NCBI RefSeq assembly: GCF_001194135.2
Contig: NC_068987.1
Location: 18,964,188-19,028,187 of the forward strand
Source of the DNA: Octopus bimaculoides
Taxonomy: Eukaryota
Length of the DNA stretch: 64,000 bases
Reading direction: 5' to 3'
Shown here: positions 1 through 11,722 of the stretch, piece after piece
How the letters are laid out: each line of letters starts with the position of its first letter
Numbering within the stretch: the first letter of the stretch is position 1
The notes under the pieces: model-generated
What the model was told of the DNA's origin: nothing
Database searches by the model: none
Seen by the model: only the letters and a program-made list of their open reading frames with translations
Position numbers and translations under genes: made by a program

Positions 1-1278
1 GGGATTTATCCACGTTGATTTAATCTATATTCATAAACACTGTTTTATTGTAATTTAAGTACACAGGCATCAACATATATCAAGGAGAAAACTGAAGAAT
101 GCAGACTATCATGCTTCATGTCACTCTCGGTCAGTGATTCCATTTTACTGCCTGACAAACTTTATTTGGCGATCTTTGGTTTTAGATACATATATCTGCA
201 GGACTGATATTACCATTGTTTACAGGTTGGTTTATTTTTCTGGCAATCCTTCCGATTAAGATTGTTTATGACACAACCAGCTTGTAACGTGTTTATAGAA
301 CTGTAGCAATATGATTATTACATCCTTTCGAAGTTACTTTTACAACGTGGTCATTAAAGTTCAAACAAAAATATCGCTATAAAAAAAGCAAATCTTTTAA
401 TAAATAAAATACTAATGGGTTACCAAACAGATTATTAATGACTTTCAAGCATTTACAAATTCAGTGCGCTTATTCGGGATACCTATGTCTATTAGTGTAT
501 TTCCCCTGGATTGTTTCTTTTTCACTATCAGTCCCACAGATGTATGTACCTAAAAACCAAAGACCGCTCTTCATTTTACCAAGCTGATCTCTGCTAATTA
601 ACAATAAATTAATTGTGAAATTGGTTTCGTGGCAAGACTTCCTTTTGTACCCCCACCCCAAAATCCACCCGCACTTTTTTTTTCCAAATGCCTGTTTAAT
701 CAGGACCTTCTTGGGAATAAATAAGAATTGGTACGGAGACGTTCCCCAAAAAGGAATATGACAAGTGAAGTACAGTCCTACATATCACGAAAAGGACGCT
801 ATAGCTATGTCTGAAATGTCTTATAACATAGGTTTCGTTGACCAGTATTGACCTGGAGCTTAAATAATAGACACACCCGACTGTCACATCATAAACTATA
901 CATTTAACCACAGCATAATGGCGTGTGTAACATAAGTGATCTGCTCGGCAAAGGACCGGTATAAATGGAACGATAGCTCTGTTGGTAACTACATATGTGC
1001 TAAAGCAATCACTGGCAATCTGCAGGACTTTCTGAATGACAAGCCTACGGCCCGCTAACTGAAAAAGGTTGCCTACGCCCATGTTAAAAGGCTTGTGGTA
1101 TCAGAGCTGACCTGGGGCTGCACAACATTTTAACTCATAATCGCCAAGCAACACTATAATTTCGTACAATATTTCCTATTCATTTCACTTACAGTTCCCT
1201 TTTGTGATATTCAATATATCAAATAAATAGTTCTATGTAAAAAAAATTTAATGAAAACTCTACATTACAATATTAATT

Positions 1279-1556
1279 ATACTTACCAAACATTGAAGTC
1301 TAAATGTGAAATCACTTCAGATAGTGAAACTTGAACTCGACAGACAATAGGGAGAGATTCACTATCAAGTAAACTCTTCAATTTGTTTTCAACCGCAAAA
1401 TCATAGAGAAACATTGATTTCTGTGAGCTGTCTATATATTTTACTCCCACATCTCTTGATTAAAAACAGGGCATCTTTGGATTATATAATTGCATAGAAA
1501 AAAATCTCGTTAATGGCAAAGAAATTAATAATAAATGATCGAGGGAAGTAACTGTC
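1279..1556 (-). promoter_or_regulatory. Promoter/first-exon module M0, serving a gene left of the window
   Basis: Donor GTAAGT on - at 1286-1281; CAAAATCATAGAG core; GAGGGAAGTAACTGTC motif variant at 1541-1556; candidate acceptor TTTGTCAG at ~152. Confidence 0.55.
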
Positions 1557-2083
1557 GGACTTAAAACCCGTCACATAGAACATGTGCTTCTTTTTATTTT
1601 AATGTTTTCGTTTTGTAAGACCATTATATGCACACTTCGATGCATTAGCAGAATCACTTGAGTGTTGGACATGATGATTTTGCTGTATTTCTTCCCGGCT
1701 CCTTACCTTTCTGAGTTTTAACCCTGCCGAAGTCAACTTTGCCTTTCATCCTTTCGGAGTCGATTCAATAAAGTACCAGTCAAGAACTTGGATCAATGTT
1801 ATCGACTACTCTCTCTCTCTTTCTCCGCACTATTACAGTTCTTGTGTCTCAATCAGAAGCTATTATTGTATATTTCTGTTCGTTCACGCTTTCTTTATTA
1901 GATATTTTCGCTCTTTGTTGTCGTCTGATGAACGTTAACTCCTTTTTTTCATGGCAAGTTTCACTATAAGAAAGAAGACACATTAAAGTTGCGCTCATTG
2001 ACTAAGTTTTGACATAGTTATCCCCCAGAAAGGAAAAGGGGGCGATCTTTCGATACCAGCACCAAATATCGGCCTTTTCCGTA

Positions 2084-2188
2084 TTAGGGGCAGGGTTAGG
2101 GTTAGGGACGAATTCCCTAACCCAAACCGTAACCCTAAAACCCTAACTGTAATCCTAACCCTGACCCTAAAACCCTAACCCTAAACCC
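2084..2188. repeat. Interstitial telomere-like repeats in inverted orientation (TTAGGG then CCCTAA)
   Basis: TTAGGGGCAGGGTTAGGGTTAGGG-ACGAATT-CCCTAACCC...CCCTAACCCTAAACCC. Confidence 0.8.
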
Positions 2189-2770
2189 TTCAAAAGAAAT
2201 CGCGCTCTCTGTATCTCGCTTTTACGACGTCGTTTCCCTCTCTGAAGACATGAACAAACAGTATTTGTAGTCCAACGCTGCAAATTAGAAAACTTTTGCT
2301 AATTATACCCAGATTCTCTCAGAATATAACGCTAAGTTGTATCTTTGTGTGGTGATTTTACCATTGATTGAAACTAGCAACCGAGAAATAAGTATTTTAT
2401 TTATAAACACAATTGACGCGTTAATTGACCTTAAGTTAAACATAGAATCTTCTGTTATCTGTGAGACTCCCGAGAAATAATATTTCACATTAAAGATCAG
2501 TCGACGGACGAGATGGTCACATCTGGAATACCTTCGATCAGGGCTGATCAGAGGCCAAGTAACAACCTGTGGTGTCTATCCTTTCCATCATACCTGAACC
2601 CAAGTCCATGTAGCTAAAATATTGTATTTCATAACGGGAAATAAGTCATAAAGGGAAAATATCTTTAAAAATATAAGGAGAGTTACATATCACATCGAGT
2701 GAAGATCTGGTTAGCTTAGATTGCTTCTATTTATTCTTTATGCATACATCCACAAATTCTGTCCGAAGTC

Positions 2771-3089
2771 GAGAATTAGTTCCCTTGATAAAGTATTGTC
2801 AATTCACTCCAGCACCGGCTGTTTATGTATCTATATATCCGATGGATGCAAATTAACGCTGCCGCTACACATAGTTTCTCGCAACTTGCGAGCCATCAAC
2901 CGACTCAAAAGTTACATATATTGTCAGGAAAAAAGAGGATAAGTTTCGTAATATTTTCTCAGTAAGGCGTTAGTCTTATGTAAAGTTCTTTGATAATGAG
3001 ATTGATGTCTTCATCGTTTGAAATACATACAAGTTGTTGCGAAAGTATCCTTCCTTTGTCATATTCGGACTGTATTGATATGTAAGTAT
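2771..3089 (+). promoter_or_regulatory. Promoter/first-exon module M1 (ZNF-1)
   Basis: GAGAATTAGTTCCCTTG (reverse complement of the shared motif) at 2771; TATTCGG..TATTGATAT|GTAAGTAT donor at 3082. Confidence 0.65.
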
Positions 3090-4119
3090 CAATTATTAGT
3101 ACGAAAACAAGAAGCTACATTAAGATCTGTCTCAATATTAATTTGTTTGGTAGTTGCAGAAGAATTTATTTTCTGGCACAGTGCTGTAACCACCCAAGTC
3201 TTGGTTTTGGAAGTCTTTTGGTGCGACCGAGTTTTAGTTTTGTTTTGCTGTTATTAACTTTGATTGACCAAGTTTATGATCAAAGAAAAGTAAGCTCTTT
3301 TTTAAAGTACGATTCAACCGACAGTAAAATTTAATGATAGAAATTAGAAAGAAACAAAAAGTTTATATATCACTTAAATCGTTATTATGCTTGTTGTAAA
3401 ATGATTATCTTTAGCATTTTACCTCCGTTCCCAATCGGAGAAGAATTTACCTTGATATCGCTTGTAGACAATGGATTACGATTCTGAACTCGAATTTTTA
3501 TATAGTGGTTAGTCAAGAGTGCATGGCTTATTATCCTTGCTCTCACATTGTGTGAATTGGCATTTTTTTTTTTTTTTTTTTTTTTTTCTTGAAGGAAGGT
3601 GAATACGGTGGAACTGTTGATGAAATTTCCTACAGTTACTGAAGTTTGGATATAAAGATATACTAGCTTCAGTATAAGAAAAAACAGTTTTGCCGACTTG
3701 AAGAATCAAGTAGATAGTAGAATTCATTTTATTGAATATTTTCATTCTTCAATGAGATAAAATGAATGCAAACTCCTGAAAATTTTAAATGAAACCATCA
3801 TGTTAATGAATAATAGATGAAGTCTTACAAAAGCATTGGTTTGATTTTGCAGTATTCATTTACTATTATGGTCTCTAGAAAAATCAGGTGGGTATAATCA
3901 AAACTATTAGATTTATCATGAATATGTTTTATTTAAATAAACTAGGAAAGATTAACAGAAACAAGGAAACATTAACAGAAAGTATTGTTTACACACTCGA
4001 ATTATTGTTTAAGACATGTTTATTCAGTCCAAATAATAGTTTAATAGAAATTCATTTCAAAGAATGCTGATTAAAATATAGTTACATGACACCTTCCAGT
4101 TATAGAAGAGATGGCATTT

Positions 4120-5110
4120 GAACTGACTCTAAATGACATTTATTTAGCTGTGAATAAGCTGAATAACAATAAGTCTTCAGGATCTGATGGAATCTGTGCA
4201 GAGGTCTAGGGATGACAAAATGTTTGAACTCTTAAATATATTAATTTGTCACTGTTCGAGAACTGAGAAAGTGCCTTAAGACTGGATTGATGCCATTTTT
4301 GTCTTCTTGTATAAAGTGGGGCCAAAGGATCTGTGGTAATTTTCATGGGATTTTGCTTTTGTCTGTAGTTGGAAAGGTAGTTGCCCACATTCTGTTAGAA
4401 TGTTTAAATACCTTCATAGTTCCAAATATAATGTCCGAGTCTCAATGTGGTTTTCGTTTCTCCAGGGGCACAGTTGATTGTATTTTTAATATCAGACAAT
4501 TTCAGGAAAAGTACATTGAACAGAATTTTGCCCTATACCATTGCTTTGTTGATTTAAGCAAGGTATTTGATGCTGTTAATCAAAATGCTCTGTGGATAAT
4601 TCTAAGGAAAATAGGTTGCCCAGAAAAATTTGTAAACATGATCAGGGCTTTGCATCAAGATATGAAAGCTAGAGTTAATTTTGGTAGTAGGCTTTTTGCC
4701 ATGAAAATGTCTTTGCCTCTGCATGCATCACTTCAGTTAAATCAATGATTCTGAAAAATCAAATGAGATGGGCTGGCCATATTGTCCGAATGGCAGATGA
4801 ACGCATACCCAAACAACTGTTTTATGGTGAGCTTGCAGAGAGGAAATGCAATTGATATAAAAGAGGTTTAAAGATGGCATAAGGACTACCGATGAAGTCC
4901 GGATTGAACTGGATGGCAAACAAAGGTGTGGAGTGAAGTGAAAGCTTTTGAGGAGACTAGGAATGACATATGCAAGACTCAAGAGAAATTTAAAGACGAA
5001 TGTTGCAATTGAGAAGATGAACCTCGGTGACCTTTTTCTGTACACAGTTTGTGACAGACTATGCCTTTCTTTTGCTGAGCTCAAATCTCATTTGCAGACC
5101 CATGAACAAT
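4120..5110 (+). mobile_element. RTE-clade LINE remnant (RT N-part and C-terminus, internally deleted, with frameshifts)
   Basis: KSSGSDGICAE; ORF 4287-4748 with QCGFR..RGTVDCIF..RQFQEK and FVDLSKVFDAV; downstream RWAGHIVRMADERIPKQLFYGEL. Confidence 0.88.
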
Positions 5111-5172
5111 AAACCTCCACCAACTACTCTGCCTCTATATCTGTACACATCTTTCAATGCTGTGTATGCCAT

Positions 5173-5480
5173 TCGTCGTCGTCGTTTAACGTCCGCTTTC
5201 CATGCTAGCATGGGTTGGACGATTTGACTGAGGACTGGTGAAGCCAGATGGCTACACCAGGCTCCAATCTGATTTGGCAGAGTTTCTACAGCTGGATGCC
5301 CTTCCTAACGCCAACCACTCAGAGAGTGTAGTGGGTGCTTTTACGTGTCACCCGCACGAAGGCCAGTCAGGCGGTACTGGCAACGGCCACGCTCATCTCG
5401 CTCGAGAAACCTCATGTGTCACCCGCACAAGAGCCAGTCCAGGGGCACCAGCAACGACCCCGCTCGAAAATCCTACAACA
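5173..5480 (-). mobile_element. SINE with RTE-type 3' tail (family D)
   Basis: CGTTTAACGTCCGCTTTCCATGCTAGCATGGGTTGGACG tail, near-identical at 37133 and 43020. Confidence 0.82.
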
Positions 5481-5794
5481 ACCCCACACAAGAGCCATTG
5501 GGTCTACAAATCTAACGGAGGCCTCAAAGGACATTTTAAGGTCCACAAAGGTCAGAACATAACTGCAGCCCTTGGTGGTCCAAATCAGATATGCAATCTA
5601 TGTGGGTGTCTTTTCAATACCTTGGTTTAAAAAGCCATATCAGGTGCCATGATGGATCTAAGGTGTAAGCACAGGAGATGGTCAGACTCTGCATAAGGAG
5701 TAGACAACCACTGTATATATACACACACACACACACACACATCTGACTTTCAGTATACTTTTGTCTCTAATAATACTTGAGTTGACATTTATAG

Positions 5795-5815
5795 TATATC
5801 TTCTTTTATTTCAGA
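5795..5815 (+). other. Candidate splice acceptor of the ZNF-1 coding exon
   Basis: TTCTTTTATTTCAG|A, AG at 5813-5814; resembles acceptors upstream of the other paralogs. Confidence 0.5.
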
Positions 5816-6131
5816 TTTTCACAAGTAATTGAGATTATCATTTCTCGTCCAAGTTACGTCATCAAATTTATATTTTGAAAACTGCAGTTATGTGTAGAAC
5901 ACCTGTTACATTGTTTACTTCACTTCAGTTAAAATCTGCATTATTTCCTCTGACTTCCAATTTACAATAAAAGCAATTTTATACTATATTCACATATGTC
6001 AACTGAATGATTTTTGTCAAGAACTTAAACTTGAAAAGCTGACTAAATATTTTCACTTAGACTGTGTACTAGTTCTTTCAGATCTGGATTTAACTAAATG
6101 GCTGGAAATAGTTTAAGGATTTATTTTGATT

Positions 6132-6360
6132 TTATCCACTTAGCATTTAAATTGGTTATATTTGACCCAAATATTCTATCTGATTTATGTTCAAACTAGC
6201 CAGATCCAACCTATCACATCTACTCTACAATGTCATTCTAGAAAATAAACAATCACATCACTGAAATCTCAAAGCTCTGAGATAATGTAGGATTAATTCA
6301 AAATAATGTGAATAAATAAGCATCATATTTGACAGAATAATCCGAATGCTAAAGGGTTAA
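6132..6360. mobile_element. piggyBac-like MITE
   Basis: Termini ..CTTAGCATT / AATGCTAAAGGGTTAA; TTAA-CCC..GGG-TTAA pattern across copies. Confidence 0.7.
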
Positions 6361-6619
6361 AAATTACCAAATTTAGTTCTGGAAAAGGATTCTATCCTAC
6401 AAGAAATTAGATTACAAATGTTTGCAGTTGAGAAAACTTCAAATTTAATGAGGAGAGGGAAAGGAAAAAAAATAGGACTATTTTACAGGAAGTATAGGTT
6501 TAGAATAATTCTTTGGAAATTTGTTCCAACATGTCCTAACCATGATGGTGGCTAAAACAGACTAAAGAACATAAATCAGAAAAGTAAAATAATTTTTGTG
6601 ATTTGTAAAAGAGAACATA

Positions 6620-7966
6620 ATGGAAGATGAATCAAAGAGTCAGCTTCTTGGAAAAACACAGCCGGAAAATATTGATTTTTCTCATGAGAAACAGGGAGAG
6701 ATGGAGAATAAATCCCACTCCAAAGACATTTTTGCGACAAAAAATAATTTAAAGCCAAAAAAATTTCCTCACTCCGGATCAAAGTCTTACCAATGTAAAG
6801 AGTGTGGCAGAAATTTTACAAGAAACAATTCTTTATATCGGCACCAGCTTATTCATACAGGAGAGAAGCCATACCATTGTGATATCTGTGGTCGAATGTT
6901 TTCACAAGAGAACAGTTTACATAGACACAAGTATATTCACACAGGGAAGAAACCATACCAATGTGATATTTGTGGGAAAAGGTATACTGGGAATAGTGAT
7001 TTATCTTGGCACAAACGTACACACACAGGGGAGAAACCATACTGCTGTGATGTCTGTGGTAAAAGTTTTACCGGAAATAGTGATTTATCTCGGCATAAAC
7101 GAATTCACATGAGAGAAAGACCATATCAGTGTGAAATCTGTGATAAAACGTTCTCTACAAGTAGCCATTTATACAGACACATACGTATTCATTCAGAGGA
7201 TAATCCATCATACCAGTGTAATATTTGTGGCCAAACATTCTCAATCAGTGCTAATCTATCTCGCCATATACGTATTCACACAGGAGAAAAACCATACCAG
7301 TGTGATATATGTGGTAAGGCATTCTCTAGAAAATATGTTTTGTTCAGTCACAAAAATAGTCACTCACAAGTAAAACCATACCACTGTAATATCTGCGGTA
7401 AAATGTTCTCTTACAGTACTGGTTTAAATAGTCATAAACAGACTCATACAGAAGATACACCATACCACTGTGATGGCTCTGATGAAACATTTTCAGACAG
7501 CATTAGTTTATCTTCTCACAAACATACTCACACAGAGGAGAAACTATACTGCTGTGATGTCTGTGGTAAATCATTCTCTGTCAACAGTAATTTATGTAGC
7601 CACAAACGTACTCACACAGGAGAGAAACCATACCATTGTGATATCTGTGATAAAACATTTTCTAGGAGTAGCTCTTTGTCTACTCACAAACGTTTTCACA
7701 CAGGTGAAAAACCTTACCACTGCAATATCTGTGGTAAATCATTCTTTGCTGCTAGTGGTTTATATTTCCACAAACGAACTCACACAGGAGAGAAACCACA
7801 CCATTGTGAAATCTGTGGTAAAACATTTTCTATGAGTTATAGTTTATCTAACCACAAACGTACACACACAGGAGAGAAACCATATCACTGTGGTGATTGT
7901 GGTAAAACATTTACTTACAACAGTTCTTTGTATCGTCACAAAAGGATTCACAGAAATGATAAATAA
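6620..7966 (+). CDS. Multi-C2H2 zinc-finger protein (ZNF-1), 448 aa, 14 fingers (9th degenerate, CDGS) after a ~56 aa charged N-terminal extension
   Basis: ORF track shows repeated Cx2Cx12Hx3H units with TGEKP linkers; ATG start, TAA stop; no recognisable KRAB/BTB/SCAN domain. Confidence 0.93.
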   Translation: MEDESKSQLLGKTQPENIDFSHEKQGEMENKSHSKDIFATKNNLKPKKFPHSGSKSYQCKECGRNFTRNNSLYRHQLIHTGEKPYHCDICGRMFSQENSLHRHKYIHTGKKPYQCDICGKRYTGNSDLSWHKRTHTGEKPYCCDVCGKSFTGNSDLSRHKRIHMRERPYQCEICDKTFSTSSHLYRHIRIHSEDNPSYQCNICGQTFSISANLSRHIRIHTGEKPYQCDICGKAFSRKYVLFSHKNSHSQVKPYHCNICGKMFSYSTGLNSHKQTHTEDTPYHCDGSDETFSDSISLSSHKHTHTEEKLYCCDVCGKSFSVNSNLCSHKRTHTGEKPYHCDICDKTFSRSSSLSTHKRFHTGEKPYHCNICGKSFFAASGLYFHKRTHTGEKPHHCEICGKTFSMSYSLSNHKRTHTGEKPYHCGDCGKTFTYNSSLYRHKRIHRNDK

Positions 7967-9757
7967 TAATTGAGGCACACCATATAACACTGATTGGAAT
8001 TTGTGAACGAAAATATTTACAGCTCTCTGACACACTACCATTGTCATATATGTCCATGCATGTGATTGCTTTACTGATTTCAGGAATGTGACCATGTTGG
8101 AGTACTGCCTTTATGGATTTCAGTTAATTGCATTGTCAATAGTATTGTACCTTTTCAGAAGGGTAAAAAGCAAGATAGATTGATCTGAACTTAAAGTAAC
8201 ATAAAGGAATATTTCCAAATATTCAGATAACCTGTCAATTAAAGTTCTTAAATATACAAGATAATTGTTATTGTTATTGGAAACAAACTACATTGGTATT
8301 TATTGCACAAATTCCACCATGATTAAGTTTCGAATACTCTAAGGGTTTCATCATTCATGTACACTGTTTACATTAATCAGAGTGGTTCCACATGGCCGCA
8401 GTCAAATGACTGAAACAAGTAAAAGAGTAAAGAGTAAAATATTCTTAAATATTACATTTACAATTAATTTTGCTTGAGATTAAATTTAATATCCAGCCTG
8501 ATTTCTAAATCCAAACAGTTATATTCACTGTTGTACTGTCTTTAACACTATTTGGTGGTGTACCAGGTGTTTTACTTTGTTTAGATGATGTTTTAATATC
8601 AAAAGTTTTCACAAACGAAAAATAGGTATTATTAATATATATAGTAAAAGGTTGTATGGATATGTGCTCTGGTATTACCACATGTAATACAGTATTAGGT
8701 GTGCATAGATAGTTTTGAAAACTATTTCTATACAGTTTTTAATAATACCATTAACATGTCACTACTATGTAACAATAATTTAGTAGACATAACCTCACTT
8801 TTGTACTGGGATTTATTAAGATAAAAGATATCACAATGTGCTCACATACACAAAAATAATGATAATAATAATTGTACTACGATAATTAACACCTGATATT
8901 TGGATAAAATGTCTTTATATGAAAAAAATAAAACGCATCAGAATGAAATCAGTTTTTTTTTTTTTTTTAAGAAAATGCAAATAAAAGTATAAAATAGTTA
9001 TTTGTGTTATTTTATCTATAACAGATTTTTTCAGCCTGAAATTTCTGCTATTATAGATATTGTAATGACCAACTGAAAACTTCTCTGTTATTTTCAGTTC
9101 TGGATGGAATTTTTGCTGACAGCAGTTGTGTGTAAATTTATCCTATTCACCGACAGTGGTTCTATGCCTTTTATCATTTGTTCTTTTGAAGCATCATGCA
9201 GTAAAAGAGTGATGAACAAAATTTTAAAAGGTTTGAACATAAAATAACGTATAGTAATATTTGATACTTTCACTAGAAGCCAGTACTTAGTTTTGGTGTT
9301 GGTTCTGTTAAATGAACGACAAGCAAATCTACCACTTAGACAGGATGCCACAGTATCACAGTTTACTTGGCCAAAGTCCCCTTTATGGTTTAATCAAAGG
9401 AGAAAAAGCAGTGCTCTTAATTTTTTTGTAACGAATGGGATACTTGTGGGGGGAAATGGAAGAATAAACGAAGTCCAAATGCTTGTAACTGAGTGGATTC
9501 AGCTAAAGACACTCAAAGCCGGTTTGTGGTGTTAAACAAAATGATGGGCTAACTCTGCCATCCAAAAACATATAGAGACTTCTATACAGTTTCCATTCAC
9601 CCAACATTAATCATTTTCATGAACATAGTTTAAGTCAACCTGAGACACTTGTCTAAGATACCACACAGTGGGATTAAAACCAAAAATGCATGATTGCAAA
9701 GCAGATTTATTACCATCATGTCCATATCTGCTCCCAGTAACTGGGTAAACTAGAAAC

Positions 9758-10033
9758 ATGTAGAATAGTTCGTTTTTGGATTTGGTTTGCAAGATTTTTT
9801 ATGTGATTTCATGTGTTGAAGCATATTCTGTTGTGTCTGGGGAGAGTCATTTTCTTATTGTGCCTTAAAATTTAACACACTCACCGTCAAGACTATTGAT
9901 AAGGTTGCAAGACGCAACGAAAATTTGAGGAAAATAAAATTAAGAAATAAGTGGAAATTTTACCGGTGAGTGTTAAATTTTAAGGCACAATAAGAAAATG
10001 ACTCTCCCCAGACACAACAGAATGTAGAATAGT
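9758..10033. repeat. Insertion with 60-bp inverted arms, possibly a Penelope-like pseudo-LTR inversion
   Basis: Arms 9825-9886 and 9964-10023; 12-bp direct repeat ATGTAGAATAGT at 9758-9769 and 10022-10033. Confidence 0.6.
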
Positions 10034-10743
10034 GTTTTGTTTAAAGAGTACAGTATGCTGGTAGTAAATTTGAAGTTATAACTTGGCTGTTTTAGTATGA
10101 TAGATATTAGATGAACAAGGATTGTTGTGGTTTAGCACCAGATCAGACCTATGTTCAAAGATGTTCCAGATATTACAACCCCATCTTTCTTTTTGGTGTC
10201 TACAGGACTACATTATCCAATATAACCTTTTTTTCTCTGGTAGACTGTGATTTGAGAGAGACTGCTTTTGATTTCATCTATGGCTTACACCTTAAAGACA
10301 TGCAGTTGTCACTTTTGTCCTTTATGATATTTCTAGAAGAAAAGAAATATAATTCAATTGTTACAAACTCTGTTTATGATGTTATTTGATCTAACCTGAT
10401 ATTATCTTGAGCATCTGCAGGTACCTTTCATCCATAACTCAATGCATTTTTATTTATTTCATATGAACTATGTTAATCATTAGCAATTTACAAATTCTTT
10501 GATCATATATGCACAGCCACTTTTCACCTCCTCCTGCACAAGTTATGGATTAGTTGTTCTGCATAGATGAAATGAATGAACAATCACTTTAGAACAACAA
10601 AATCCAGGTTTGTAATGATTTGCAACTCTTGAACTGTTTATACCCACCGCCTGCAGCATGTCTCCAAAGTGTACAGATTAAATATTTGCTATTACCACCA
10701 AGATTAGCATTTGTGATTGGCTTCACCCTATAATAATATCCCA

Positions 10744-11256
10744 TTGGATTTTGTCTCAAAGAAAAACTTTGCATGTGTCAACAAATGTTTTACTTGCTGA
10801 TTTCTGAAGGAAGGTGTAGTAGTACTTGGCTAGCTCCAAATATCCAATCAATATTCAGTGTGAATAAATCAAATGATTGCACTACAAGAATGTTTTTTTT
10901 TTCCCTTATAAACAACATTGTAGAAATATAGCTCTTTCACCTGTTGGAGATATTTCTGTCACGATGACCAACAATTTAGCCACTGATTTCATAGGGATAA
11001 GTTCCCACCCACCAACTGTCTGTAATTAAGGTATTTGTTTTAGACAATGATTTACCTAAATTATTCCTATAAGCTTTGTGTGTAAACACCAACATGCTTC
11101 AAATGATGCCAGTGTTTTGGCTTGATTTAGACCTCCTTAGGAATAGGCAGTGTTGGACGTTTGGAGCTAGCTAAGAACTCCTACACCTTCCTATAGAAAT
11201 CAGCAAATAAAACATTTGTAGATACATGCAAAGTTGTTCTTTAAGACAAAATCCAA
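10744..11256. repeat. ~100-bp inverted repeats enclosing a decayed ZNF fragment
   Basis: 10744-10847 is an imperfect reverse complement of 11153-11256. Confidence 0.8.
10851..11070 (-). pseudogene. Decayed zinc-finger fragment, detached copy of the ZNF-2 3' flank
   Basis: Aligns with 13381-13576; on - reads GKSLSK..., PTGER..., KTFL*CNHLI..H with stops and frameshifts. Confidence 0.55.
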
Positions 11257-11501
11257 CAGAAAAGATTGCTTTATGAATGTTATGAATAGATGTACATACC
11301 ATTGTTCTTATTTTCAGTTTCATGTGCTCATAATAATTTAGTCTAGTTAAAATAGATCTGCAAAGTGAAAACATCACATTAATTTAAGAATTAAGACTTC
11401 AACTGGAGTGATAATTGTTATTCATAATAAAATAGTGGTATGTCTATGTGTTTGTATTTAGAATGGAAGTAAAAGAAAATCTACAGTCAATATACTTTAG
11501 A

Positions 11502-11722
11502 TTAATCCTTTAGCATTCAGATTATTGTCGAGTGTAATGCTTATTTATTCACATTGTTTTGAATTAATCATGCATTATCTCATAGCCTTGAGATAATGAC
11601 AATGTGATTGCTTATTTTTAGAATAACATTGTAGGGTAAGTGTGAGAGGTTGGATCTGACTGGTTTGAGCATAAAACAAGTAGATTTGGGCCAGATATGG
11701 CCAGTTTAAATGCTAAAGTTAA
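11502..11722. mobile_element. piggyBac-like MITE
   Basis: TTAATCCTTTAGCATT...AATGCTAAAGTTAA. Confidence 0.72.

Noticed and set aside
696-1082. 128-aa ORF on -
   Set aside because: No recognisable motif; it begins in a hAT-like terminal sequence and lies in the predicted M0 intron.
1096-1107. TGGTATCAGAGC, identical to the classic tRNA-iMet primer-binding site of plant LTR retrotransposons
   Set aside because: No adjacent LTR or gag/pol; it sits in a short dispersed repeat (AGCCCCAGGTCAGC.CTGAT family, also near 2550 and 10130).
2084-2188. Ancient telomere-telomere fusion site
   Set aside because: Only ~100 bp and degenerate, with no subtelomeric context; kept only as a G4/repeat observation.
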